DNA of 64,000 bases from an uncultured Clostridia bacterium (GTDB taxonomy: Bacteria > Bacillota > Clostridia > TANB77 > CAG-508), in assembly GCA_934121885.1 (NCBI GenBank), contig CAKOVH010000005.1, positions 11,406-75,405 of the forward strand. The letters are read 5' to 3'. A program made the translations under genes and the position numbers. The notes under the pieces are model-generated. The model was not told the DNA's origin. It ran no database searches and was given only the letters and a program-made list of their open reading frames with translations. The number at the start of each line of letters is the position of its first letter. The stretch's first letter is position 1. Positions 32,964 to 42,800 of this stretch are shown in pieces.

Positions 32964-35325
32964 TTTTCATATTTCTCCTTCTTATTTTACCCAAAACTTC
33001 ACTTGATATTAAGTTAAATATAATAAATATACATATTGTTGTTAGCATAAGCATCCATATTTTAAACATATACTGAACATCTACTACAATAGAAAACCAG
33101 TTATTAAATACATAACAGCATACTGTAAATATAAGCACTAATACAACTAATAAAGTTGCTCTTAAAGCATTAAATGGTCTTGATATTTTAATTAACAATA
33201 AAAATCCTGTTAATACTGTTAAAAATACGCATACACTTGAATAGATTTCTGATGGGAAATTACATACTCTATTTACGCATACCATAATAATTATATTTGT
33301 AATAACTGTTAAGGCTGTTGGAAGTGCTTTACTTATAACATTTCCAATAAACCTTCCTTTTACTCTTTCTTTATTTGGCTCTAAAGCTAGAACAAATGAA
33401 GGTATTCCAATACATACAAGTGATATTAAACTTAGCTGTATTGGCATAAATGGATATTTAGCACTAATGATTACAAATAATATTGCAAGAACTGTTGAAT
33501 ATATTGTTTTAGTTAAGAAAAGTGATGCTGAACGCTCTAAATTATTTATTGTTCTTCTTCCTTCTGCTACTATTTTAGGCATTGATGCAAAGTTTGAATC
33601 TAATAATACTATTTGTGATACATTTCTTGCTGCATCACTTCCACTTGCCATTGCAATACTGCAATCTGCTTCTTTTAAAGCAATAATATCATTTACACCA
33701 TCACCGGTCATCGCAACAGTGTGACCATCTGACTGCATAGCCTTAACAAGTTCTTTCTTTTGGTTTGGTGTTACTCTTCCAAAAACTTTGTATTTTTTAC
33801 TTGCTTCTTTTAAAGCTTCTTCATCTTCTAAAGTTGTACAGTCAATATATTTTTCATATCCTTCTACACCAGCTCTTTTTGCGATTTTAGAAACAGTAAC
33901 TGGATTATCTCCAGATATAATTCGTATATCAACACCTTGCTCTTTAAAATATTTTAAAGTTTCTTCAGCATTTTCTCTTATTTTATCTGTAATTAGTACA
34001 AATCCTAAAACTTCAATGTCTTCTGGCAATTCTTTATCTTTAAATGAATTTTTAGAATGTGCTAGTAAAATTACTCTATAATCATTTGCATATTCATTTA
34101 TTTCTTCTTGATATTCCTCAGCTTTTTCTTTAAGAATAAATTCTGTTGCACCTATAATATAGCTTCCTTTATCTTTAAACTCTATTCCTGACCATTTTTT
34201 TTGTGATGAAAATGGCACTGTTTTTTCTACATTCCAAATTTGTTTTATCTTTTCTTCATTAAATCCATCTCTTATTGCATTTATGGTTGCATTGTTATCT
34301 TCCGAATATTTACCAATTACTGCTAATATTTCTTCAAATTCTTCATTACTTATGCTTTCTGGAACTATTTTATTTACTTCCATTTTTCCTTCAGTAATTG
34401 TTCCTGTCTTGTCTAAGCATAAAGTATCAACTCTTGCAAGTGTTTCTATACAATATAGCTCTTGTACTAATACTTTACTTTTTGAAAGCCTAATTACACT
34501 TACAGCCAATACCGTGCTTGTAAGAAGAATTAAGCCTTCTGGTATCATGCCAATTATTGCTGCAACTGTATGTATTACAGCATCTTTATAATTTCCACCA
34601 TCAATATTGCATTGATTAAAAAATAGTAACAAACCTATTGGGATAATTAAAATAGATACTGTTTTAATTATCTTATTAAGAGATGTCATAATTTCTGATT
34701 TTGCTTTTTTTATGTACTTTGTTTCTTTTGATATTTTTGAAGTAAAATTTTCCTCTCCAATATGTTCAACCTTTGCTAAGCCCTTACCACTTACAATAAA
34801 ACTACCAGATAAAACCATATCTCCTTCTTTTTTTAGAATATGGTCTGCTTCTCCTGTAATAAAAGATTCGTCTACCTCAATTTCTCCTTGCATTAAAATA
34901 CAATCTGTTACTACTTGGTTACCAGTTTCAAAGCTTATTATGTCATCTAAAACAATTTCATCAATTGCAATTTTTTTACTTTCTCCACCTCGTATGCAAT
35001 TTACCTTTGTATTTGATATTAAAGATAATTTATCTATAATTCTTTTTGAATGAATTTCTTGTATTGTACTTATCGCTGTATTTATTATTATTATAAAAAT
35101 AAATAACATATTTTTGTATTCGCCAACTGAAAATACAGCTGCAGCTAAAAATAAGTTTATTAAGTTAAATATTGTAAAAAAATTACTAACAATAATTGTT
35201 TTTATACTTTTAGTAGGCACATTTGTATCGTAGTTTACAAGATTTTCTTTTATTCTTTCATCAACTTGGCTACTGCTTAGTCCATCTTTTATATCTGGAT
35301 TATATCTTTTTGTATTTTCTTTCAT
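32953..35325 (-). CDS. Cation (likely Ca2+)-transporting P-type ATPase
   Basis: 790 aa. DKTGTIT phosphorylation motif, TGDGVNDIIALKEAD hinge, N-terminal GLSSSQV..R...N PMCA/SERCA-like motif, about 8-10 TM. Confidence 0.85.
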   Translation of the reverse strand: MKENTKRYNPDIKDGLSSSQVDERIKENLVNYDTNVPTKSIKTIIVSNFFTIFNLINLFLAAAVFSVGEYKNMLFIFIIIINTAISTIQEIHSKRIIDKLSLISNTKVNCIRGGESKKIAIDEIVLDDIISFETGNQVVTDCILMQGEIEVDESFITGEADHILKKEGDMVLSGSFIVSGKGLAKVEHIGEENFTSKISKETKYIKKAKSEIMTSLNKIIKTVSILIIPIGLLLFFNQCNIDGGNYKDAVIHTVAAIIGMIPEGLILLTSTVLAVSVIRLSKSKVLVQELYCIETLARVDTLCLDKTGTITEGKMEVNKIVPESISNEEFEEILAVIGKYSEDNNATINAIRDGFNEEKIKQIWNVEKTVPFSSQKKWSGIEFKDKGSYIIGATEFILKEKAEEYQEEINEYANDYRVILLAHSKNSFKDKELPEDIEVLGFVLITDKIRENAEETLKYFKEQGVDIRIISGDNPVTVSKIAKRAGVEGYEKYIDCTTLEDEEALKEASKKYKVFGRVTPNQKKELVKAMQSDGHTVAMTGDGVNDIIALKEADCSIAMASGSDAARNVSQIVLLDSNFASMPKIVAEGRRTINNLERSASLFLTKTIYSTVLAILFVIISAKYPFMPIQLSLISLVCIGIPSFVLALEPNKERVKGRFIGNVISKALPTALTVITNIIIMVCVNRVCNFPSEIYSSVCVFLTVLTGFLLLIKISRPFNALRATLLVVLVLIFTVCCYVFNNWFSIVVDVQYMFKIWMLMLTTICIFIIFNLISSEVLGKIRRRNMKNGI

Positions 35326-35396
35326 TTTACCACCATTTTTACTACATTTTAATATAACTATTTTATCATATGTTTTTTACTTGTCAAATGCATACC

Positions 35397-35666
35397 TTAA
35401 ATGGTATTTAAGATAATTTGCAATATTACAAGTAGCCCTGCTCCCGGTATTCCAAGCAAGCCAACAAAAATAGAAGTTATAATATTAAGACCAATATGAA
35501 AGCCAAAATTTGCTCCAATTATATTGATTATAAATATTAAAACTCCTCCTAATATAGAATTTAATATTAGTTTAAATACACTTTTAAATGGTAAAACAAA
35601 TATTTTACCAAATATAAATAAAAAAATAATACATGCTAAAAAAGTTATAACACTATTAAAATCCAA
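35397..35666 (-). CDS. bofA: Pro-sigma-K processing inhibitor BofA
   Basis: 89 aa, two TM helices, conserved LGIPG.A.LV motif near the C-terminus. Confidence 0.75.
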   Translation of the reverse strand: MDFNSVITFLACIIFLFIFGKIFVLPFKSVFKLILNSILGGVLIFIINIIGANFGFHIGLNIITSIFVGLLGIPGAGLLVILQIILNTI

Positions 35667-35714
35667 GTATAATCACCCTTTCACTCTTATTTTATGATTA
35701 CACCTGGACAAATA

Positions 35715-35990
35715 TTACTGTGCTTTATTATTTTTTATATATATTTCATTTACCATATCTAAAGCAATTCCTCTTTTTCTTGCTTTTTTCATTAAATAAT
35801 CAAGTTTCGTTTGATTTGCTTTAATTTGATATGCATAATAATCTATTAAATCATCTTCAGCAAATTCAAAATTTTTATGTGCCAAATTTAATTCTTGTTT
35901 AGTTTTTATAACGCTAACTATAAGCTCTAATTCTTTTTCTTCATCACTTTTAGCTACAACACTGGTTTCTTTTACATATTCTTCTGACAT
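35715..35990 (-). CDS. DUF2508 (YaaL-like) protein
   Basis: 91 aa. Conserved yaaL-bofA adjacency as in Bacillus. FE.A.D.LID.Y.YQ.KA pattern. Confidence 0.6.
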   Translation of the reverse strand: MSEEYVKETSVVAKSDEEKELELIVSVIKTKQELNLAHKNFEFAEDDLIDYYAYQIKANQTKLDYLMKKARKRGIALDMVNEIYIKNNKAQ

Positions 35991-36149
35991 TATACCTATT
36001 CTCCTATTTTCCTATTTTCCATTTCTATTATTATATGCTTTTATTTGTAATATATTCATATTTTTGCCATTTATCAGTATTAATCGCAATTTATCTATTG
36101 CTTTTTTTGAACTTCGTGTTAAAATATAATAGTAGCAAGGAGGAATATT

Positions 36150-37436
36150 ATGATAGATATTAAATTTTTAAGAGAAAATCCTGAATTAGTAAAAGAAAAT
36201 ATTAAAAAGAAATTTCAAGACCATAAACTTCATTTAGTTGACGAAGTTATTGATTTAGATACAAAAAATAGAGCTACAAAGCTAAATGGTGACGACTTAA
36301 GAATGAAAAGAAATTCTTTAAGTAGTGAAATTGGAAACTTAATGAAAAATGGAAAAAAAGAAGAAGCTGAAGAAATAAAAAAACAAGTTCAAGAAATAAA
36401 TTCTAAACTTGAAGAAAACGAAAAATTAGAAGAAGAATATGCAAATCAAATAAAAGAAAGAATGATGAAAATCCCTAATATCATTCATGAATCTGTTCCT
36501 ATTGGTGAAGATGATAGTAAAAATGTCGAAATTCAAAAATATGGAGAGCCTGTTGTTCCTTCATACGAAGTTCCATATCATGCAGATATAATGGAAAGGT
36601 TAAATGGTATTGATTTAGACTCAGCAAGAAGAGTTGCAGGTAATGGATTTTATTATTTAATGGGCGATATAGCAAGATTACACTCTGCAGTTCTTTCTTA
36701 TGCAAGAGATTTTATGATAAATAAGGGTTTTACATATTGCATTCCACCTTATATGATTCGTAGCGATGTTGTAACAGGTGTTATGAGCTTCGAAGAAATG
36801 GATGCAATGATGTATAAAATTGAAGGAGAAGATTTATATTTAATTGGTACAAGCGAACATTCAATGATTGGTAAATTTAAAGATCAAATATTACCAAAAC
36901 AAGAAGTTCCATATACTATGACATCTTACTCTCCTTGTTTTAGAAAAGAAAAAGGTGCCCATGGTATTGAAGAGCGTGGTGTGTACCGTATACATCAATT
37001 TGAAAAACAAGAAATGATAGTTGTATGTGAACCTGAAGATAGTTGGAATTGGTATGATAAATTATGGTCATATACAGTAGAATTGTTTAGAAGTATGGAT
37101 ATTCCAGTTCGTACTCTTGAATGTTGTAGTGGTGATTTAGCAGATCTAAAAGCTAAAAGCTGTGATGTTGAAGCATGGAGTCCAAGACAACAAAAATACT
37201 TTGAAGTTGGTAGCTGCTCTAACTTAACAGATGCGCAAGCAAGACGACTTGGAATTCGTATTAAAGGTGAAAAAGGAAACTATTATGCACATACATTAAA
37301 TAATACTGTAGTTGCTCCACCTCGTATGTTAATTGCACTTTTAGAGAACAACTATAATGAAGATGGAAGTGTTAATATTCCAAAAGTTTTACGTCCATAT
37401 ATGGGTGGAACTGAAAAATTAATACCTAAAAAATAA
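36150..37436 (+). CDS. serS: Seryl-tRNA synthetase
   Basis: 428 aa. N-terminal coiled coil, class II motifs, TLNNTVVA.PR. Confidence 0.95.
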   Translation: MIDIKFLRENPELVKENIKKKFQDHKLHLVDEVIDLDTKNRATKLNGDDLRMKRNSLSSEIGNLMKNGKKEEAEEIKKQVQEINSKLEENEKLEEEYANQIKERMMKIPNIIHESVPIGEDDSKNVEIQKYGEPVVPSYEVPYHADIMERLNGIDLDSARRVAGNGFYYLMGDIARLHSAVLSYARDFMINKGFTYCIPPYMIRSDVVTGVMSFEEMDAMMYKIEGEDLYLIGTSEHSMIGKFKDQILPKQEVPYTMTSYSPCFRKEKGAHGIEERGVYRIHQFEKQEMIVVCEPEDSWNWYDKLWSYTVELFRSMDIPVRTLECCSGDLADLKAKSCDVEAWSPRQQKYFEVGSCSNLTDAQARRLGIRIKGEKGNYYAHTLNNTVVAPPRMLIALLENNYNEDGSVNIPKVLRPYMGGTEKLIPKK

Positions 37437-37462
37437 ATTATTATATTAATTACATATAGTAT

Positions 37463-37551
37463 AGTCAATTATAATTAATTTTTCTATGACTTGCCGTAAG
37501 CTTAAAAAGCTTACAAACTGCGCGTCATCTCAAAATTAATTATAATTGACT
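37463..37551. repeat. 89-bp nested palindromic element
   Basis: Perfect 20-bp AT-rich outer inverted repeat agtcaattataattaatttt / aaaattaattataattgact. This encloses a GC-richer core with an inner perfect palindrome gtaagcttaaaaagcttac and atgac/gtcat arms. A U-run follows. Confidence 0.6.
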
Positions 37552-37589
37552 TATATATGTTTTTTACTTTATAAGGAGAATTTATATTT

Positions 37590-38171
37590 ATGATTATAAA
37601 AAATGCAGAATTTAAAATTTCAGCTGTTAGTCCTAAACAGTATCCATCAGATTGTCTTCCAGAAATTGTTTTAGTTGGAAAATCTAATGTTGGAAAATCT
37701 TCTTTTATAAATACAATGCTTAACAGAAAAAAACTTGCAAGAACAAGTAGTGAACCTGGAAAAACAAGACAAATTAATTTTTACAATGTTAATGATAGTT
37801 TTTATTTTGTAGACTTACCTGGATATGGATTTAGCAAAATGTCAAAGGTTGAACAAGAAAAAGTTGGAGCATTTATTGAAGAATATTTACAAAATAGCAA
37901 AAATATTGCTCTTATTGTATTTTTAATTGATATTAGACATAACCCTACTGAAAATGATAAATTAATGTATAACTACGCAATACAAACTAAAAAACCATTT
38001 ATTATAATTGCAAATAAAGCTGATAAAATTGCTGTAACTAAAGTAGATGATAGCGTAAAAGCTTTGCAAGATATTTTAAATCCTTTGCACGATTTAACCT
38101 TTATACCATTTTCATCAGAAAGAAAAATATATACAGATACAGCTTGGCAACACCTTGAACAATATATTTGA
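37590..38171 (+). CDS. engB: Ribosome biogenesis GTPase EngB/YsxC
   Basis: 193 aa. GKSNVGKSSFIN P-loop, DLPGYG. Confidence 0.9.
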   Translation: MIIKNAEFKISAVSPKQYPSDCLPEIVLVGKSNVGKSSFINTMLNRKKLARTSSEPGKTRQINFYNVNDSFYFVDLPGYGFSKMSKVEQEKVGAFIEEYLQNSKNIALIVFLIDIRHNPTENDKLMYNYAIQTKKPFIIIANKADKIAVTKVDDSVKALQDILNPLHDLTFIPFSSERKIYTDTAWQHLEQYI

Positions 38172-38255
38172 CAAAATTCGACAAATATAATATAATTAGA
38201 TAACTAGGCGCAATTCCGCGTCTATTATAAATAATTAATATGGAGGTTTACTTTT

Positions 38256-38546
38256 ATGGTAAAAGTAACAAGCACCCGGGCACACGCATCCATCAAGAAG
38301 AATGTAACAGTCTTTAAGTTCATCTTCGAAGATGAAGATTCCGCTAGGAAATTCATCGAGATGGCGAACGGCAAGGAACATGTGGATTATGCTCTGCATC
38401 CGCGTGCATACTACCACAACGAAGGTTCAAAAAAAACCGAAGTTCTCGTTAAGAGTTCCACCGGTTCGACGCTCTACAATCTGAACCTGCTTCACAGCTT
38501 ATCTGCTGAAGCAGAAAAGCTTGGTGGAGTGCAGATGCACATCTAA
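38256..38546 (+). CDS. Orphan 96-aa protein on a compositionally foreign (about 45% GC) islet
   Basis: Codon usage (TTC, ATC, AAG, CTG, GAG, CGG) is unlike all neighbours. Own RBS and an own strong terminator. Confidence 0.55.
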   Translation: MVKVTSTRAHASIKKNVTVFKFIFEDEDSARKFIEMANGKEHVDYALHPRAYYHNEGSKKTEVLVKSSTGSTLYNLNLLHSLSAEAEKLGGVQMHI

Positions 38547-38610
38547 GCAATCTTCTTCATGTAATGGCTTTTTGTCCATTACACGATTGTCCTCCCTATT
38601 ATTTGATTTT

Positions 38611-38650
38611 GGCGTTCCCTATTGGGAACGCCTCTTCTTTTATTTTTCTA
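38611..38650 (+). terminator. Strong rho-independent terminator
   Basis: ggcgttccc tatt gggaacgcc GC-rich stem followed by a T-rich tract. Preceded by a second hairpin gtaatgg/ccattac at 38561-38582. Confidence 0.8.
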
Positions 38651-38819
38651 TTTTTTTTATAATCATTTTTAAAGCTTTTGGTCTTTCTATCATAATTATA
38701 TGTCCACAACCTAAACACTTTAATTTAAAATCTACCCCTATACGGGTAATTTCCCATAATTTACTTCCACATGGGTGTATCTTTTTTGTTTGTACAATAT
38801 CTCCTATATTATATTCCAT
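38640..38819 (-). CDS. DUF951 family small zinc-ribbon protein (59 aa), below ORF-track cutoff
   Basis: MEYNIGDIVQTKKIHPCGSKLWEITRIGVDFKLKCLGCGHIIMIERP... with CG..W and C.GCGH motifs. GAGGAG RBS 7 nt upstream of ATG 38817-38819. Confidence 0.7.
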   Translation of the reverse strand: MEYNIGDIVQTKKIHPCGSKLWEITRIGVDFKLKCLGCGHIIMIERPKALKMIIKKIEK

Positions 38820-38833
38820 ACAAACTCCTCTTC

Positions 38834-40483
38834 TTATTTAATAGCTTTTTCTAGCCTATTTATTACACTTTCTTTTCCAAGTACTTGCATAATTTCATAC
38901 ATATCTGGTGTATTTTGTCTACCTGTTAAAGATACTCTAATAACAGTACTAATATCACCAACATGTCCTGGCCATTTTTCTGGTTCTTTCTTAAATTCTT
39001 TTACTTCTCTTGCGTATCCAACTTCTTCTGCTAAATCTTTCATTTTATCAAACCAAGTTTGCTTATCGTCATTAATATCAAAATATTTTTCGATATATAG
39101 TTTTATAATTTTATTTATTTCTTCTTTATCTGAAATTTTAGCATAATCATACGAAATATTATCATTAAAGAATACATCATCATACATATATATAATTGCA
39201 TTTTTTACATCTGACCATTTTGCAATATCTTTTCTAGGTTTGTTATTTCCTCTTTCAATTCCAAATATTTTCAATGAATATTCTTTATTCTCTAAAAGTT
39301 TAGCAAGTTCTTCATCATATCTTTTTGCCCAATCTGAAACTTCTTCAAAAATCCTTTCCTTTGAGTATTTAGATATAACATTTTTTGATACATCTAGCAA
39401 TTTTACCATATCAAAAACTGCTCCACTACCACTCATTTTGTTTATTTCAAACTTGAACTCTGAAATATCAGCATCTGGATTTGCTTTTCTCCATAATTCA
39501 AAACTTGAATTTCCTATATTCATTAAATATTCACAAACTGCTTGTGAAGGAATTCCTTGCTCGTGATAATAGCTTACAGCAGCTTCTGGATCTTTTCTTT
39601 TACTAATTTTTCTCTTTTTACCATCTTCATCTTTTAATATTGGAGCATAATGGCAATATTTTGGTGTTTTAAATCCTAATGTTTTAAATAATTCTAAGTG
39701 AAGTGGTATAGATGATACCCATTCATCAGAACGAATAACATGTGTTACTCTCATCAAATGATCATCTACAGCATGTGCAAAATGGTATGTAGGAAGACCA
39801 TCAGCTTTTATAATTACTATGTCTTGGTCATTTTCTGGAAAATCTATGTTTCCTTTAATAACATCATGATGTCTAATTTTCTTTTCCTCATTTCCCATAG
39901 ACTTAAATCTAATTATATATTTTTCACCAGCTTTTATTTTTTCAATTGCCTCATCTACTGATAAGTTTCTATATTTTGCCCATACACCATAATATCCAGT
40001 TCTTAATTTTGCTGCTTCTTGCTTTGTTCTCATTTCTTCTAATTCTTCTGGAGTTGCAAAACAAGGATATGCTCTACCTTGCTCGATTAAGTATTTAGCA
40101 TAAGCTCTATATATTTCTCCTCTTTCACTTTGTTTATATGGTCCGTATTCACCTTTTGATTCTGTTTCATTAATCATACCTTCATCAAATTCTATATTAA
40201 AGTCTTTAACTGCTGAAACAATTTGATTAACACCATTTTCTATTTCACGTTTTTGGTCTGTATCTTCAATTCTTAATATAAATACTCCATTTGTTTGATC
40301 TGCAAGTTTTCTATCTATAACACATTGCATTAATCCTCCAATATGAACAAAACCTGTAGGACTTGGTGCAAATCTTACAACCATTGCACCTTCATCTAAT
40401 TTTCTTTCTGGATATTTTCCCTCATAATACTCTATTTCCTTTACATCAGGATATATTAAATCTGCTAAATCTTTATAATTCAT
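38834..40483 (-). CDS. gltX: Glutamyl-tRNA synthetase
   Basis: 549 aa. FAPSPTGFVHIGG (HIGH) and KISKRK (KMSKS). Confidence 0.85.
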   Translation of the reverse strand: MNYKDLADLIYPDVKEIEYYEGKYPERKLDEGAMVVRFAPSPTGFVHIGGLMQCVIDRKLADQTNGVFILRIEDTDQKREIENGVNQIVSAVKDFNIEFDEGMINETESKGEYGPYKQSERGEIYRAYAKYLIEQGRAYPCFATPEELEEMRTKQEAAKLRTGYYGVWAKYRNLSVDEAIEKIKAGEKYIIRFKSMGNEEKKIRHHDVIKGNIDFPENDQDIVIIKADGLPTYHFAHAVDDHLMRVTHVIRSDEWVSSIPLHLELFKTLGFKTPKYCHYAPILKDEDGKKRKISKRKDPEAAVSYYHEQGIPSQAVCEYLMNIGNSSFELWRKANPDADISEFKFEINKMSGSGAVFDMVKLLDVSKNVISKYSKERIFEEVSDWAKRYDEELAKLLENKEYSLKIFGIERGNNKPRKDIAKWSDVKNAIIYMYDDVFFNDNISYDYAKISDKEEINKIIKLYIEKYFDINDDKQTWFDKMKDLAEEVGYAREVKEFKKEPEKWPGHVGDISTVIRVSLTGRQNTPDMYEIMQVLGKESVINRLEKAIK

Positions 40484-40509
40484 ACCATTTGCTCCTTACT
40501 ACATTTATT

Positions 40510-42402
40510 TTATACTTCCATAATAATTGGTAAGATCATTGGGTTACGTTTAGTTTTTTGGAAAATATAATCTCTTAAATTATCCTTTAATGTTGATTTT
40601 ATAGTTGACCAATCACGAATTCCTTCTTCTTCGAAGTTTCTAACTTCTTCACGAATCACCTTTTTAACATCTTCCATTAAATTCTCAGATTCTCTTACAT
40701 ATACAAATCCTCTAGACACAACATCTGGTCCAGATACAATTTCTCCTGTTGAAGAATCCATAGTCATTACAATTACAATTAAACCATCTTGTGATAAATG
40801 TTGTCTATCTCTTAAAACAATATTTCCAACATCTCCAACACCTAAACCATCTACTAATATTTTTCCTGATGGTACAGATGTTGTTAATTTTGCTTCTTTT
40901 TGATTTACTTCTAATACTCTACCATTATTTAATAAAAAGATATTTTCTGGTGGAATACCCATTTTTTTAGCTGTTTCTGCATGTGCTCTTAATTGTCTAT
41001 ACTCTCCGTGAACAGGTATAAAGAATTTTGGTCTAGCTAAGGCTAAAATCAATTTTTGCTCTTCTTGGCAAGCATGTCCTGATACGTGAATATCCTCTAA
41101 CGCACTATATACAACTTCTGCTCCAATTTGCATTAAATCATTTATTACATTTGAAACTAATTTTTCATTACCAGGTATTGGAGTTGCAGATATAATAACT
41201 TTATCATTTGGAGTTATAACTACCTTTTTATGATCTCCTGATGCCATTCTTGTAAGAGCAGACATAGCCTCTCCTTGGCTTCCTGTTGTAATTATAACTA
41301 ATTGCTCATCTGTATAATTCTTAATCATATCTATGTCAATAAATAAGTTTTCTGGTGCATCTATATAACCAAGTTCTCTTGCAGTATCAATCATATTTAC
41401 CATACTTCTACCACAAATTGCTATTTTTCTGCCATATTTTACTGCAGAATTTACAATTTGTTGTACTCTGTGTACATTTGATGCAAATGTTGCTACAACT
41501 ATCCTTTTTGTTGTGTTTAAGAATAATCTATCAAATACTTCTCCTACAGAACTTTCTGACATTGTAAATCCTTTTCTTTCTGCATTTGTACTATCAGCAA
41601 GTAGTGCAACAATACCTTTATTTCCAAGTTCGGCAATTCTTCCTAAATCCATCGGTTTATTGTCTATTGGTGTATAATCTACCTTAAAATCTCCTGTGTG
41701 AAGAACTACACCTGCTGGTGTATGAATAGCAAGCATTACAGAATCTGGAATACTATGGCAACTTCTAATAAATTCTACTTTTATATTTCCAAAGTTTACA
41801 GTATCTCCTTGTTCAACTGTTACAAGTTTTGTATTTGCAAGTAGTTTATGTTCTTCTAATTTATTTTTTATTAATCCAATTGTAAGTCTTGTAGCATAAA
41901 TTGGCATATTAATCTTTCTTAAAACATATGGAATTGAACCTATGTGATCCTCATGTCCGTGAGTTATAACTAATCCCTTTATTTTATCTTTGTTTTTTTC
42001 AAGATATGTTACATCTGGTATAACTAAGTCTACACCCAACATATCATCTTCTGGGAATTCTAGACCACAGTCAACTAAAACTATTTCATTTCCATATTCA
42101 AAAACTGTAATATTTTTACCAATCTCATCTAATCCACCAAGTGGAATTATTTTTAAATTATCTCTTTTAAATTCAAATCCTTGTGTGTTTCTTGGTCTTC
42201 TTGGAAGTCTTCTTCTTTCTTCTAATACTAAATTTTCTATTCCTTCTGTTTGTTCCTTGGTAGTTTCTTTTGCATATTCCTTTCTAGGTCTTCTTGTTCT
42301 ATCAACTGTCTTTTTTTCTCTAGGAGCTCTTTCGCTTCTTGTTCTTGGTTTTCTTACAACATCTTCCTTCTTTTCTTGAATGTTATTATCTTTTTCGTTC
42401 AT
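40510..42402 (-). CDS. rnj: Ribonuclease J with an unusual 75-aa Arg/Lys/Glu-rich N-terminal extension
   Basis: 630 aa. Metallo-beta-lactamase HGHEDH, beta-CASP and C-terminal domain. Confidence 0.85.
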   Translation of the reverse strand: MNEKDNNIQEKKEDVVRKPRTRSERAPREKKTVDRTRRPRKEYAKETTKEQTEGIENLVLEERRRLPRRPRNTQGFEFKRDNLKIIPLGGLDEIGKNITVFEYGNEIVLVDCGLEFPEDDMLGVDLVIPDVTYLEKNKDKIKGLVITHGHEDHIGSIPYVLRKINMPIYATRLTIGLIKNKLEEHKLLANTKLVTVEQGDTVNFGNIKVEFIRSCHSIPDSVMLAIHTPAGVVLHTGDFKVDYTPIDNKPMDLGRIAELGNKGIVALLADSTNAERKGFTMSESSVGEVFDRLFLNTTKRIVVATFASNVHRVQQIVNSAVKYGRKIAICGRSMVNMIDTARELGYIDAPENLFIDIDMIKNYTDEQLVIITTGSQGEAMSALTRMASGDHKKVVITPNDKVIISATPIPGNEKLVSNVINDLMQIGAEVVYSALEDIHVSGHACQEEQKLILALARPKFFIPVHGEYRQLRAHAETAKKMGIPPENIFLLNNGRVLEVNQKEAKLTTSVPSGKILVDGLGVGDVGNIVLRDRQHLSQDGLIVIVMTMDSSTGEIVSGPDVVSRGFVYVRESENLMEDVKKVIREEVRNFEEEGIRDWSTIKSTLKDNLRDYIFQKTKRNPMILPIIMEV

Positions 42403-42471
42403 TTTATCTTCCTTTCTTTTTTCCGTTTATATCCAATTTTATAAAAAACAGATTTCGTATTTTCGCATAAT

Positions 42472-42510
42472 AAAAAAGTAGTTTAAAATACTATAAACTA
42501 CTCTTTTTTT
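42472..42510. terminator. Bidirectional-looking terminator in the 400-bp rnj leader / glcK 3' region
   Basis: gtagttta / taaactac stem flanked by A6 and T7. Confidence 0.5.
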
Positions 42511-42800
42511 AATTTATAAAACCTTTTTTATTCTCTCACTAAAATTAATATGTTTATTTTATTTCGCACCATAAACACATAAAAAACACCTATCTATTTT
42601 GTATAATAAAAACAATTTTATAATCTCATTCATTAATTTATAATACTTTATTTAAATCTCATTTCTCATTTTTAATAATTAAATATAAATCTCTTCTTTA
42701 CCTATTTTGGTAATAACTGTTTTTTATTATACCTTTTTTTTTAGCTTTTGTCAACTAATTCCATTTTTTTACACATCATCGTTTACAATAATTTTGTATC

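Noticed and set aside
38456-38476. tRNA-like GGTTCGA T-loop motif
   Set aside because: Occurs inside the GC-rich protein-coding ORF with no acceptor/anticodon stem structure around it. No tRNA genes identified in the window.
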